Shown: piece by piece, positions 16,462 to 25,722 of the stretch
Layout of the letters: every line of letters starts with the position of its first letter
How positions within the stretch are numbered: position 1 is the stretch's first letter
Source of the DNA: an uncultured Acidobacteriaceae bacterium
GTDB taxonomy: Bacteria > Acidobacteriota > Terriglobia > Terriglobales > Acidobacteriaceae
DNA: 64,000 bases
Direction of reading: 5' to 3'
Assembly: GCA_963826915.1 (NCBI GenBank)
Contig: CAWGYG010000008.1
Location: forward strand, 69,485 to 133,484
Program-made: the position numbers and the translations under genes
The notes under the pieces: generated by a model
Database searches by the model: none
Told to the model about the DNA's origin: nothing
The model's input: only the letters and a program-made list of their open reading frames with translations

Positions 16462-18981
16462 TCAAGGGTCGACTTTGGTTTGAGGCTGCGCGGCTGCCGG
16501 TGCGCTTTGCTGCTCCGCTGGTTCGGCTGTTGCCGCAGGCTTGGGGGCCGCGGACGCCGGCATATACGGCATGACGGTTAAGGCCAGTGTCTGAACAGTA
16601 GCGGGATCGTCTCTCAGTTTCAGGTAAAGCAGTCCATTCACCGGATGAGGCACGGTTAGCTGTGTCCCAGTAAAGTCCTGCGGAACGTCGGTTGCACTAT
16701 CAAAATCCGGCGTTGCTGCGATTGAGGCCGTCAGGAAGAGGTTCGATCCGGTCAAGATGCACGGCTTTGCAACAGCGCGGGGACAGTGCAGCTCTTTGAA
16801 TCCGGGAAGGCGCACAAGCGTCCCCAGTTCCACCCAATCTCCAGCAACTCCATCCGCAGAGATAGCGCGCGCCTCCACCGGCCCATAGGCGGAGGAACCA
16901 AACCGGGATAGAGGCTCTACCACGCCGAGTGCCGTGTTCGCATCCTCCAGCATCAAGCTTCCGTCACTGAGAGACAGGAACGTATTGAAACTTCCATCTG
17001 TCGCCGCTACCTCGACCTTTTCGTCTCGCGGAAAAATCTCAGGTGTTTTCGATTTGAGAAAGAAAACCAGCCTTCGCTGGACAGGTAGATCGTCGGAGCT
17101 TCCCAAGCGGACCGGTGAGGGGTCAGCCGTAGCTTCATCTTGAGTGCCCTTGCTGAGCAACGCCACTTGCGGACGCGGTGGTTCCACCGTGACGGGCACC
17201 TTGAGCTCTCGCCCGTCGTGCAGCTCCACCTTAGCCTGGTATCGTTTGCCTGGCTCGAGCCCCGAAGTTGCGCCGTCGGCTTTCATTTCCAGTCGATCAG
17301 CGTCCTGAACGCGCTTCAGAAGAACGGGCGACCAGGAAATCCCGTTCAACGTGGCTTTCGCCACTTCGTCCAGACGATTCCCGGTCAATGCCGCATCGGG
17401 ATCTCCGGAACTGACCGTCATGCGCTCGAGCGATGCTGCCTCTGAGTACGCGACAAGCGTTAGTTTGTCGGGCTTCTCGATCCCATACTGTTGAATCTTC
17501 AGAGTGACTGCTCCCGGCGCTGCATCTTTCAGCGGTACAGCAAGTTCGAGCACGTCCGGCTTTGGCGACTTCCAGGCGAGAGAGACTGGGCTGGTCCCGG
17601 CTGACTGCTCTTCCACCTTCTGCACGCACAATGTATTCTCGCCCCCAATGTGCAATGTGTCTTCGCGACCCACCACTAGGGCTGACTGATCACTCAGTGG
17701 AATCGTCCACTTCCCTGCTTCGACAGAGCGCAAGTGAAAGCGAGGCCCTTCCCAGTCGTCGAAACCCCATTTGCCCCTTACCACCCCCGTTACTTCGCCG
17801 GGTGGCAATGATGGCGCCGGTTGCTCCAGAACCAGCCCACCTTCGGCAGCGTCCGCCTTGAGTGGCAAATCGAAGGCCCCCGACTTGGTCTCGATGTGAA
17901 GGGTGAGCTTGTAAGCCAACTGAGTAGCCTGAACCAGGGGTGCACCTTCTGCAGGAAGTGCCAGGCCTGGTTTTTGCGCACAGAACTCCTCAGATGGGTT
18001 CGAGGGATGCAGAGGCGGCAACTTGGCGGGACCAACAGGCGGTAAAGCAATCACTACAACTGACTTCGGATCGCGAAAGGACGGCGGGACGTTCAACCGA
18101 ATGTTGAGTGTATCGCTCAATGGGAGTGCCAGGGCGGGAATGTATTGGAAGTGCGCCGTATGCAAAGAGGCAAGAATCCTGGCCGTGTCTACGATCGCGC
18201 CGACATACGGGCTATAGGCCCCGGCCCCTCCAAGCGTGGAGTAGCTCAACTGGTTCATCAAATCGCCGCTTGTTCCGCCAGTGAGTTGCGCCACCCGGTT
18301 GCTCGCATTGGCGTCGTCCAAAACCAAGCCGTCAGTGTGTTGCACAAGACATGGGGCCTGTTGATCTGTCGGTTTGTCGAAACATTGCTGATCCAAGCGA
18401 ATGCCCAATGTTGCAGCTGCCCTTTGGGCACGTTCCTTTAATGCAGCAGGATCTGTCTGCGAGGTAACTTTCACCTCGGCGAGATATGCTTCCAGCCGCA
18501 TTCGGTCCAAGCTTGCCGCCTGAAGATCCTGGGTAGCGCGAACAAAGGTGCCGGGCCGACCTCGAACGGCTGCGCGAAGCGTGCTGAAGTCCCCACCCGT
18601 CTCGGGGGCCAGAAAAACAAGGGCTTGCTGAGCCTCCGCCGGCACAAGCACAAACACGCCTTCTGAGCGTACCTTCGACGTCCAGGTGTCGACTTTTGTA
18701 AACCATTCCGGTGGCGGAGGATTTGTAGCTCCACGCAAGAATGCGACGATAAGGACGTAGTGGGCTGACTGGCTATCTGGCAGGTCGGGGTGTATCCAAA
18801 GCCGGTCGCCGGGCATCAGGTTCGGCACGTTGCCCACAGGCAGCGTAACCTCACCTCTTTTCACGCGCACATCTACTTTCGGACCAATCAGGTCAAATGC
18901 AGGTCCTGCCGCCTGTCCGCCTGCATTTGTACTTGTCCACGCCAACAAAGTGATAAAAAAGGACAGAAAACAACGCCGCAT
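16462..18981 (-). CDS. Large secreted protein of unknown function with Pro/Ala-rich C-terminal tail
   Basis: 839-aa ORF. Signal peptide MRRCFLSFFITLLAWTSTNAGGQAAG and a C-terminus reading PASAAPKPAATAEPAEQQSAPAAAQPQTKVDP. I recognised no family motif. Confidence 0.7.
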   Translation of the reverse strand: MRRCFLSFFITLLAWTSTNAGGQAAGPAFDLIGPKVDVRVKRGEVTLPVGNVPNLMPGDRLWIHPDLPDSQSAHYVLIVAFLRGATNPPPPEWFTKVDTWTSKVRSEGVFVLVPAEAQQALVFLAPETGGDFSTLRAAVRGRPGTFVRATQDLQAASLDRMRLEAYLAEVKVTSQTDPAALKERAQRAAATLGIRLDQQCFDKPTDQQAPCLVQHTDGLVLDDANASNRVAQLTGGTSGDLMNQLSYSTLGGAGAYSPYVGAIVDTARILASLHTAHFQYIPALALPLSDTLNIRLNVPPSFRDPKSVVVIALPPVGPAKLPPLHPSNPSEEFCAQKPGLALPAEGAPLVQATQLAYKLTLHIETKSGAFDLPLKADAAEGGLVLEQPAPSLPPGEVTGVVRGKWGFDDWEGPRFHLRSVEAGKWTIPLSDQSALVVGREDTLHIGGENTLCVQKVEEQSAGTSPVSLAWKSPKPDVLELAVPLKDAAPGAVTLKIQQYGIEKPDKLTLVAYSEAASLERMTVSSGDPDAALTGNRLDEVAKATLNGISWSPVLLKRVQDADRLEMKADGATSGLEPGKRYQAKVELHDGRELKVPVTVEPPRPQVALLSKGTQDEATADPSPVRLGSSDDLPVQRRLVFFLKSKTPEIFPRDEKVEVAATDGSFNTFLSLSDGSLMLEDANTALGVVEPLSRFGSSAYGPVEARAISADGVAGDWVELGTLVRLPGFKELHCPRAVAKPCILTGSNLFLTASIAATPDFDSATDVPQDFTGTQLTVPHPVNGLLYLKLRDDPATVQTLALTVMPYMPASAAPKPAATAEPAEQQSAPAAAQPQTKVDP

Positions 18982-19386
18982 CTAACCATTGTACGAAGAT
19001 CGGCGCGCGAAAAACACCATCGTCAGGCCGCGGCATTTCCTTAACACCCGGGTTTTTGCCGCACTTCGGTCATTTCATGGCTCTTGCGCTTGCATGCTGT
19101 TGGGTTGCACAATCGTTTACACTAGTGCGTGGTTAGTTCTGGCACAGTTTTTAGTTAAAGCATTCTCGGCCCTGTGGGGTAGCAGGAAGAGAGCTAAAGA
19201 TGGCCATCGGCTGAGGCGGGGAATTCGCCAAGGTTTACCTTACATCCGTTCGAGACATTCTCTTGGCGGCGCTTCATGTCGAAGATAGGCGCTCGATACC
19301 GATTCGCACATGTCCTCCCATCCTGCACATTCGCGGAGACATGATGTCAAGGACGAGCTAAAGAAGTTCTATATGGAGAATTGGGA

Positions 19387-20100
19387 ATGAAATCCAACAA
19401 GGCTGCGCAGGGCAGCGAAGACATTAGCAACCTGACCGTACCAGACGCTGAAGAGATTATTGAAGAAGCCTTAAGTGAGCTGGCGTTTTCGCAGGACCCG
19501 GGCATGGCACGTGCACTCCGTTTTCTGGCGCCTGCCGGATATCAGGCTATCGTTGAGTTGTGCAGTGACAATGGCCGCAGCAAGCGCCGCAATGCCTCGG
19601 CCGACACCTGGTCCCCTGAAGAAGATGAGGTGCGCATTTATTTTGAACGCATAGGCGATGCTGAACCGGCTCAGCGTCTGAGTCGTTCGCGCCCCCAGGT
19701 TGACCGGAGCTTCGATGAAGATGACAACCAGGAAGCCCAGATTCCCGCTGACCTCGATGCTCGCGTAAAGGAACTGTGCGCCGCATTAGCAGAGGCGGAG
19801 CGGGGCGGCCATGCTTTCATCGCGCTCAAATGGTTTCGCGACTCATTTCTACCGCGAAAGGCATTTCGTTGGAATCAACACCCCGAATCCCGACAGGCCG
19901 TGCTCGCCGAAGCCATTCAGCGTGGCGTGGTGCTGACCAGCAAGATTGCCAACCCAAAGACCCCCGCTTACCCCACGACAACCATTCGCCTGAATCGCGC
20001 CGAAGCGGGGATGCCCGAAGAAGCCCAACGATTCCACCCCGTGGCGGTGCATGGCGATTCCATCACTGACGCGATTGAAGAGGAGCGGGGAAAACTGTGA
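19387..20100 (+). CDS. Hypothetical 238-aa protein, candidate atypical antitoxin/partner of the downstream PIN protein
   Basis: ATG 19387 preceded by GGAGA. The stop overlaps the GTG start of the PIN gene (GTGA at 20097-20100). Acidic N-terminal half and a basic, possibly winged-helix-like C-terminal half (HAFIALKWFRDSFLPRKAFRW...AIQRGVVLTSKIANPKTPAYPTTTIRLNR). Confidence 0.55.
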   Translation: MKSNKAAQGSEDISNLTVPDAEEIIEEALSELAFSQDPGMARALRFLAPAGYQAIVELCSDNGRSKRRNASADTWSPEEDEVRIYFERIGDAEPAQRLSRSRPQVDRSFDEDDNQEAQIPADLDARVKELCAALAEAERGGHAFIALKWFRDSFLPRKAFRWNQHPESRQAVLAEAIQRGVVLTSKIANPKTPAYPTTTIRLNRAEAGMPEEAQRFHPVAVHGDSITDAIEEERGKL

Positions 20101-20573
20101 GCTGCTACTTCCTCGAATCTACCGCGTTCGCCAAGCTATTTGTGCAAGAGCCGGGCACCGATGCGCTCATCCGTTTGATGGAGGCCGTAGAGGATAACCG
20201 CAAGTTGATTGCGGCGTGCGCACCGTTGGAGGTGTACGCAGCCATCCGGCGCCGGCAACGCACCGGCGACATCAGCAGCGAAGATGCAGCAGCCGCGCTC
20301 GAGATCTTGCGCCTTGAAGCAGCACGCATGGTTCAGGAACCGCTCAACCCCGCAGTTCTAGAAGCCGCTCGCCAACTGCTTGATCGCACCAATCTCCGAT
20401 GGCCCGATGCGCTGCAGTTAGGTGCTGCCCTGGTCGCTCGCGACATGTTCCGTGGCACTGAAATCGTCTTCGTTTCCGCTTCGCAGACTCTTTTGGAGGC
20501 CGCCAAAGCCGAAGGCTTCCACGCGCTTGACCCCGCGAAAGAAGCGACCGAGACCATCGCAGAGCCGGAATGA
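20097..20573 (+). CDS. PIN-domain protein (VapC-like)
   Basis: Matches the VapC family pattern: YFLESTAFAKLFVQEPGTDA...LEVYAAIRRRQRTGDIS...RWPDALQLGAALVAR...IVFVSASQTLLEAAKAEGF. The first and last canonical acidic positions read E and S (see findings). Confidence 0.75.
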   Translation: MSCYFLESTAFAKLFVQEPGTDALIRLMEAVEDNRKLIAACAPLEVYAAIRRRQRTGDISSEDAAAALEILRLEAARMVQEPLNPAVLEAARQLLDRTNLRWPDALQLGAALVARDMFRGTEIVFVSASQTLLEAAKAEGFHALDPAKEATETIAEPE

Positions 20574-20597
20574 GAATCGCGTAAGTCTCACGGGCAA

Positions 20598-21458
20598 CTA
20601 TTCCCGCCGGAACCGGTTCGCCTCTTCAAACTCGTCGCGCAGTTCTGGAGTTTTCAGGTTTTCGCGGATGTGCGAAAGGCGCTGTTCGAGCCTGAGCAGG
20701 GCAGTTTCGATGGGCTTGGTGTTGGTATATGCGATATCGCGCCACATCGAATAAGGGCTTGCGCCCAGGCGCGTCATCTCTCGCAGGGCGCGACCGCCTA
20801 CATCCTTCAATTCCGGTGCAGCACCGACCTCTTCCTCAAGCAGCGCGCTCAGTGCCGTGGCCACGAACTGGGGAAGGTGACTGACCCACGCCACAAGTTC
20901 ATCGTGACGCAACGGATCGAGATCGATGGTTTTGGAGCCCATGGCAACCACCCATTCGCGCCATGTCTTCGCGAGCTCAGCCGACTTAGGCGACCGCTGC
21001 CAGTTGTGATCATCGGTAAACAGCCAAACCGCGCCTCGAAAGAGATCCGGATCAGCCAGGCCGGCACCTCCCCGCTCCTTACCGGCCATGGGATGTCCGG
21101 GCAGAAAGCCCGCGCGCTCTGGGGCATTGAAGAGGCGACCCGCGGCTGCTGTGATCTGCGCCTTGGTACTGCCTACATCCGTAACCAGGTGCTCAGGCCC
21201 AAGCACTCCGGACAACTGTTCCATGTAGTCGAGGGTTGCAAAGATGGGTACTGCGAGGACCACCACCTGGCTTTCGCGCGCGGCTATGAGCGGATCTGCC
21301 GCGACCGAGTCGATCGCATCCATCGAAAGCGCAAGCTCGGCCTGCGCCGGACTCCGATTCCACCCTATTATGGAGCCTCGATAGCCCCCCGAGCGCAAGG
21401 CCAAACCCGCCGATGTGCCCAGCAGGCCCGTGCCAAGGATAGCTATACGCTCGATCAT
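20598..21458 (-). CDS. tyrA: Prephenate/arogenate dehydrogenase
   Basis: Rossmann motif IAILGTGLLGTSAGLAL, then GSTK...HPMAG and a C-terminal dimerisation region typical of TyrA. Confidence 0.85.
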   Translation of the reverse strand: MIERIAILGTGLLGTSAGLALRSGGYRGSIIGWNRSPAQAELALSMDAIDSVAADPLIAARESQVVVLAVPIFATLDYMEQLSGVLGPEHLVTDVGSTKAQITAAAGRLFNAPERAGFLPGHPMAGKERGGAGLADPDLFRGAVWLFTDDHNWQRSPKSAELAKTWREWVVAMGSKTIDLDPLRHDELVAWVSHLPQFVATALSALLEEEVGAAPELKDVGGRALREMTRLGASPYSMWRDIAYTNTKPIETALLRLEQRLSHIRENLKTPELRDEFEEANRFRRE

Positions 21459-21479
21459 GCTTGTCTTCGTCGCTCCATA

Positions 21480-22496
21480 CTACAGTGTTCTGCCAACTGC
21501 CTCGGCAATGACGCGCAACTCGCTCATAAGCTTCTCGAATTGATCTGGATACAGCGTTTGCGCAGCGTCCGAAGCAGCCTTGTCGGCATTCGGATGGACT
21601 TCGACAAGTATGCCGTCGGCTCCCGCAGCGACCGCGGCACGCGCCATGGGAGCAACCATATCGCGGCGACCCGTACCATGCGATGGATCGCCGACAATCG
21701 GCAAATGCGAGAGTTTCTTTACAACTGGGATTGCCGAGATATCCATGGTGTTGCGGGTTGCCGTCTCGTAGGTCCGTATACCGCGCTCACAAAGGATCAC
21801 ATCGTAATTACCACCAGACATGATGTACTCGCTCGACAGAAGGAGTTCTTCAATGGTCGCCGCGATGCCACGCTTCAGCAGCACCGGCTTGCGCACCGAA
21901 CCAAGTTCACGAAGAAGGTTGAAATTCTGCATGTTGCGTGCTCCTACCTGAAAGCAATCGACGAATGGCAGCATCGATTCAATCTGCGAAATTTCCATGA
22001 CCTCGCTTACGACGAGCAAGCCATTTTCCCGGGCCGCATCGTACATCAGCTTCAGTCCAGGAATGCCCATTCCCTGGAACGCGTACGGCGAACTGCGAGG
22101 CTTAAACGCACCACCGCGCAGGAAAGTGCCTCCGGCGGCCTTCACTCGCGTGGCCGTCTCGAAGATCTGAGCTTCGGTTTCGATGGAGCAGGGGCCGGCC
22201 ATCACAATCACTTGGGTGCCGCCCAGCTTTACTCCGGCGGCGAATTCCACCACCGTGCCTTCGGGTCGGAAGCCTCTGCCTGCCAGCTTGTAGGGTGAAC
22301 TGATGCGGTGCACATGCAGCACGCCCGGCAGTAATTCAAACTTGCTCAAGTCAAGGTTGGCAGTGGGGCCGACCCCGGCCAATATGGTTTGCGTGGCGCC
22401 GGTGGTCCGATGCACACCGACTCCAGCTTCCACCATTGCTTCGATCACAAAATCGATCTGCTCTTCGGTGGCCTTCTCCTGCATTGCAACGATCAT
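21480..22496 (-). CDS. 3-deoxy-7-phosphoheptulonate (DAHP) synthase, type I-beta with N-terminal ferredoxin-like regulatory domain
   Basis: N-terminal MIVAMQEKATEEQIDFVIEAMVEAGVGVHRTTG domain, then a KDO8P/DAHPS-like barrel (GPCSIE...KPRSSPY.FQG...VVSEV...QVGARNMQNF...KRG...DPSH). Confidence 0.9.
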   Translation of the reverse strand: MIVAMQEKATEEQIDFVIEAMVEAGVGVHRTTGATQTILAGVGPTANLDLSKFELLPGVLHVHRISSPYKLAGRGFRPEGTVVEFAAGVKLGGTQVIVMAGPCSIETEAQIFETATRVKAAGGTFLRGGAFKPRSSPYAFQGMGIPGLKLMYDAARENGLLVVSEVMEISQIESMLPFVDCFQVGARNMQNFNLLRELGSVRKPVLLKRGIAATIEELLLSSEYIMSGGNYDVILCERGIRTYETATRNTMDISAIPVVKKLSHLPIVGDPSHGTGRRDMVAPMARAAVAAGADGILVEVHPNADKAASDAAQTLYPDQFEKLMSELRVIAEAVGRTL

Positions 22497-22825
22497 TGCT
22501 TGTTCCCTGTCTCGGGCGCATCCGCGCCTGTGCCTTTGCCCTGTAGGGCATTCCGTTCCGATGCCAACTCGTTCCGCTGCAAGGCCCGCATCACGTCGAT
22601 AATGCGCTCGTAAATATGCGTCAATTCGATATCGGGCAAGGGCCCCTTGTTTGCCGCGCGCACGTTCGAGTAAATCACCTTCTCGCGAGCGGGCTCGTAC
22701 ACCGGCAGCGAAGTGGCGACCTTGAGATGACCGATCATCAACGCGGCGCGAGCCCGCTCGCTCAGCAGTTCCACCAGCTGGCGGTCCAGGGCATCGATTT
22801 GACTCCGCAATTCTTCCAGCGTCAT
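22493..22825 (-). CDS. Chorismate mutase (AroQ class)
   Basis: LEELRSQIDALDRQLVELLSERARAALMIGHLK...PVYEPAREKVIYSNV is the canonical AroQ helix pattern. 4-nt overlap with the DAHP synthase start. Confidence 0.85.
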   Translation of the reverse strand: MTLEELRSQIDALDRQLVELLSERARAALMIGHLKVATSLPVYEPAREKVIYSNVRAANKGPLPDIELTHIYERIIDVMRALQRNELASERNALQGKGTGADAPETGNKQ

Positions 22826-22943
22826 TCCATCCTCGTGTGCGATTCGGTCGAGTGAGTTCTCAAACTGAGCTCTCTTCGCTCGAATGCATGGGAACTAAAG
22901 TTGAATCAACCGTACGGCGCAAGCGCCGCCCATTGGCTCTCGT

Positions 22944-23726
22944 TTACCGGGCCAGCGCTGCGTGGGTCAAGCGCAAGCCCTTGATAAATCGTGCGACCTC
23001 TGCGGGCGCTCTTTGCGGAGTTGATCGCTCGATCAGCTCCACAATCGTGCTGCCGATTACCGCTGCATCCGCGAACTCCGCCACCTGTGCGACGTGCTCC
23101 GCATTGGAGATGCCAAAACCGACGGCGACCGGCAGCCTCGTCCATCGCCGGATACGCGCAACCAGCGCAGCTGCGTCGGCAGTCATGCTCTGCTGTTTGC
23201 CGGTTATCCCCACGCGCGATATGGCATACACAAATCCTTTGCTGTTGGCTGCGATGGCTTCGAGACGTTCGTCCGGACTGGTGGGCGCGGCGAGGAAGAT
23301 CGGCGCAAGTTTCACGCGCTCCAACTGGGCCAGATACTCCGCCGCCTCTTCGACAATCATGTCGGTTACCAGCACACCGTCGACTCCGGCAGCCGACGCT
23401 TCATCGGCGAAATGCGGAAGCCCGTAGCGCAGGATCGGGTTGAGATATGTGAATATCACTATCCCCGCGGCAGGTCGCGCCGCCCGAATCTCAGCCGCCA
23501 GCTTCAGTACGTCTTTCAGACGTGTTCCACGAGCCACGGCCCGTTCGCTGGCACGTTGAATAACGGGACCATCGGCCAGCGGATCGCTGAAGGGCACCCC
23601 CAGTTCAATCACGTCCGCACCCGCGTCGATTGCTTCAAGCGCAATGGCGCCTGTGGCATCGAGGGATGGGTCTCCGGCAGTCAAATACACGACCAGCCCC
23701 GGTTTGTGATTGAAATGGATCGCCAT
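22944..23726 (-). CDS. trpA: Tryptophan synthase alpha chain
   Basis: YLTAGDPSLD...GADVIELGVPFSDPLADGPVIQ...GFVYAISRVGITG...PVAVGFGIS. Confidence 0.95.
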   Translation of the reverse strand: MAIHFNHKPGLVVYLTAGDPSLDATGAIALEAIDAGADVIELGVPFSDPLADGPVIQRASERAVARGTRLKDVLKLAAEIRAARPAAGIVIFTYLNPILRYGLPHFADEASAAGVDGVLVTDMIVEEAAEYLAQLERVKLAPIFLAAPTSPDERLEAIAANSKGFVYAISRVGITGKQQSMTADAAALVARIRRWTRLPVAVGFGISNAEHVAQVAEFADAAVIGSTIVELIERSTPQRAPAEVARFIKGLRLTHAALAR

Positions 23727-23736
23727 CGGAATTCGT

Positions 23737-24954
23737 TCAAGCTCCCTGGAGATTCAACTCGCGAGCAAGGATGCCCATATCCTTGTCGCCACGTCCAGAG
23801 AGGTTCACAACCAGTATGTCATGGGCACTGAACATGGGAGCAATACGAAGGCATTCGGCAACCGCATGCGCGCTCTCGAGGGCAGGCAGGATGCCCTCGG
23901 TGCGTGACAGCCGCACCACCGCATCCAGGGTTGCCACGTCGTCTTGCGAAACATACTCCGCGCGCCCGGAATCATGCAGAGCCGCATGTTCTGGCCCGAT
24001 CGACGCATAATCCAGTCCCGCAGAGACGGAGTGCGTTCCTGCGATTTGTCCGTTCTCATCCTGCAACACGTAGGAATACGTTCCCTGCAGCACGCCTGGC
24101 ATTCCACCACTGAACCGTGCCGCGTGTTCTCCCAATTCTGGTCCGCGACCTCCCGCCTCAACGCCGATGAGCCGTACCTGGCGGTCGGGAATGAATTCAT
24201 AGAAGGCGCCAATCGCATTCGATCCGCCGCCCACACACGCTATGACGGCGGTGGGAAGTCGGCCTTCTTTCTCAAGAATCTGTTCTTTCATTTCGCGGCT
24301 GATGCAACGATGAAAATCGCGCACCATGGTCGGATAAGGATGAGCCCCTAACGCGCTACCCAAAAGGTAGTGCGTGGTACGCACATTTGTGACCCAATCG
24401 CGCATTGCTTCGCTGATGGCGTCTTTCAGCGTCTTCGATCCTGATGAGACTCCGCGAACCTCGGCCCCGAGCAGCCGCATGCGCAGCACATTCAACTCCT
24501 GCCGCTCCATGTCCACGTCGCCCATATAGACCACGCATTCCATTCCCAGCAGTGCGCAAACTGTAGCCGTTGCTACACCATGCTGGCCCGCGCCCGTCTC
24601 AGCGATGATCCGCTTCTTGCCCATGCGCTTCGCCAGCAGTCCCTGGCCCAGCGCATTGTTGATTTTGTGCGCCCCGGTATGCAGCAGGTCTTCGCGCTTC
24701 AGGTAAATCTTTGCGCCACCCAACTGTTCGGTCAGACGCTTCGCAAAATAGAGTGGTGTCGGCCTTCCGGCAAAATCCCTGAGAAGTCCGGCGAGCTCAG
24801 TCTGAAACTCGGAGTCTGCCTTCGCAATTTCGTACGCCTTCTCCAGTTCCACAAGCGCCGCCATCAGCGTCTCCGGCACGTAACGCCCGCCGTAGACGCC
24901 AAAGCGCCCGGGGCGCGACTCGGAAGGAACTGATGGAAGAATCACCGATGCCAT
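23737..24954 (-). CDS. trpB: Tryptophan synthase beta chain
   Basis: [16 protein letters not shown]...[16 protein letters not shown] (PLP lysine)...[10 protein letters not shown]...GGGSNAIG. Confidence 0.95.
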   Translation of the reverse strand: MASVILPSVPSESRPGRFGVYGGRYVPETLMAALVELEKAYEIAKADSEFQTELAGLLRDFAGRPTPLYFAKRLTEQLGGAKIYLKREDLLHTGAHKINNALGQGLLAKRMGKKRIIAETGAGQHGVATATVCALLGMECVVYMGDVDMERQELNVLRMRLLGAEVRGVSSGSKTLKDAISEAMRDWVTNVRTTHYLLGSALGAHPYPTMVRDFHRCISREMKEQILEKEGRLPTAVIACVGGGSNAIGAFYEFIPDRQVRLIGVEAGGRGPELGEHAARFSGGMPGVLQGTYSYVLQDENGQIAGTHSVSAGLDYASIGPEHAALHDSGRAEYVSQDDVATLDAVVRLSRTEGILPALESAHAVAECLRIAPMFSAHDILVVNLSGRGDKDMGILARELNLQGA

Positions 24955-25047
24955 TGGGAGATCTCCTGTGTGCGCTCGACCGCGGGATCGTGGCTATCTC
25001 TAGTTTACAGGGCGATAGAGCCCCAATTAGAACCTGAAACGTTCCGA

Positions 25048-25722
25048 TTACTTCACCGAGTTCGCAAGCAATGCAGCCGCACGCGCCTTGGTGATGAAGA
25101 TCCGCACTTTGTCTGGATCCTTACGTCCCGGTGCTGCCTCAACGCCTGAAACCACGTCGACCCCCCAAGGATTCAATGTGGAGATGGCCTCGGCGACATT
25201 AGCGGGAGTCAGGCCTCCCGCAGCCAGGAGCTTTCGCTCCCTTGCGCTACTCAGGATGGTGCGACGCGCCTCTCGCCAATCAAAAGTGATGCCCGTGCCT
25301 CCGACGACTGTTGCGGTCCGCGAGTCAAGCAAGATCGCATCTATATTGTTGTCCTGTTCAAGCGCTGCTACCTGTTCGGCGGCGCCCGCACCAAAGTGCA
25401 CCACGTGAAGTATGCGCAGGCGCGGACCAAGACGCCGGCGCAGCTCCGCCGGCGTGTCAGTTCCTGCCTCCGAATGCAATTGCACTCCGGTAAGTCCGCA
25501 GATGCGCACGGTGGACTCAATCTCATCCAACGCCGCGTCGACGAAGACCCCGATCTTTTCGATGGCATCGGGGAGTTTTGGCGTAATGCCGGCGACTTGT
25601 TCCACAGTCACATGTCGCGGGCTCGGCGCGAAGACGAATCCAACCGCGTCGGCACCGGACTCAGCCGCCAGCCACGCATCCTCGAGTGAAGTGTTCCCGC
25701 AGATTTTAATCCAGATGGTCAT
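25048..25722 (-). CDS. trpF: Phosphoribosylanthranilate isomerase
   Basis: IKICGNTSLEDA...GADAVGFVFAPSPRHV...VQLH...LLDS...GGTG..FDW...LAGGL. 4-nt overlap with trpC. Confidence 0.9.
   Translation of the reverse strand: MTIWIKICGNTSLEDAWLAAESGADAVGFVFAPSPRHVTVEQVAGITPKLPDAIEKIGVFVDAALDEIESTVRICGLTGVQLHSEAGTDTPAELRRRLGPRLRILHVVHFGAGAAEQVAALEQDNNIDAILLDSRTATVVGGTGITFDWREARRTILSSARERKLLAAGGLTPANVAEAISTLNPWGVDVVSGVEAAPGRKDPDKVRIFITKARAAALLANSVK

Noticed and set aside
19140-19156. Sigma-54-like promoter TGGCAC-N5-TTAG upstream of the PIN pair
   Set aside because: The -24 element matches, but the -12 element reads TTAG instead of TTGC. No enhancer-binding protein gene is nearby, so the match is probably chance.
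20670-22298. 542-aa plus-strand ORF
   Set aside because: It lies entirely antisense to the well-supported tyrA and DAHP synthase genes. The translation is Arg/Gly/His-rich with no motifs, a typical GC-rich antisense shadow ORF.
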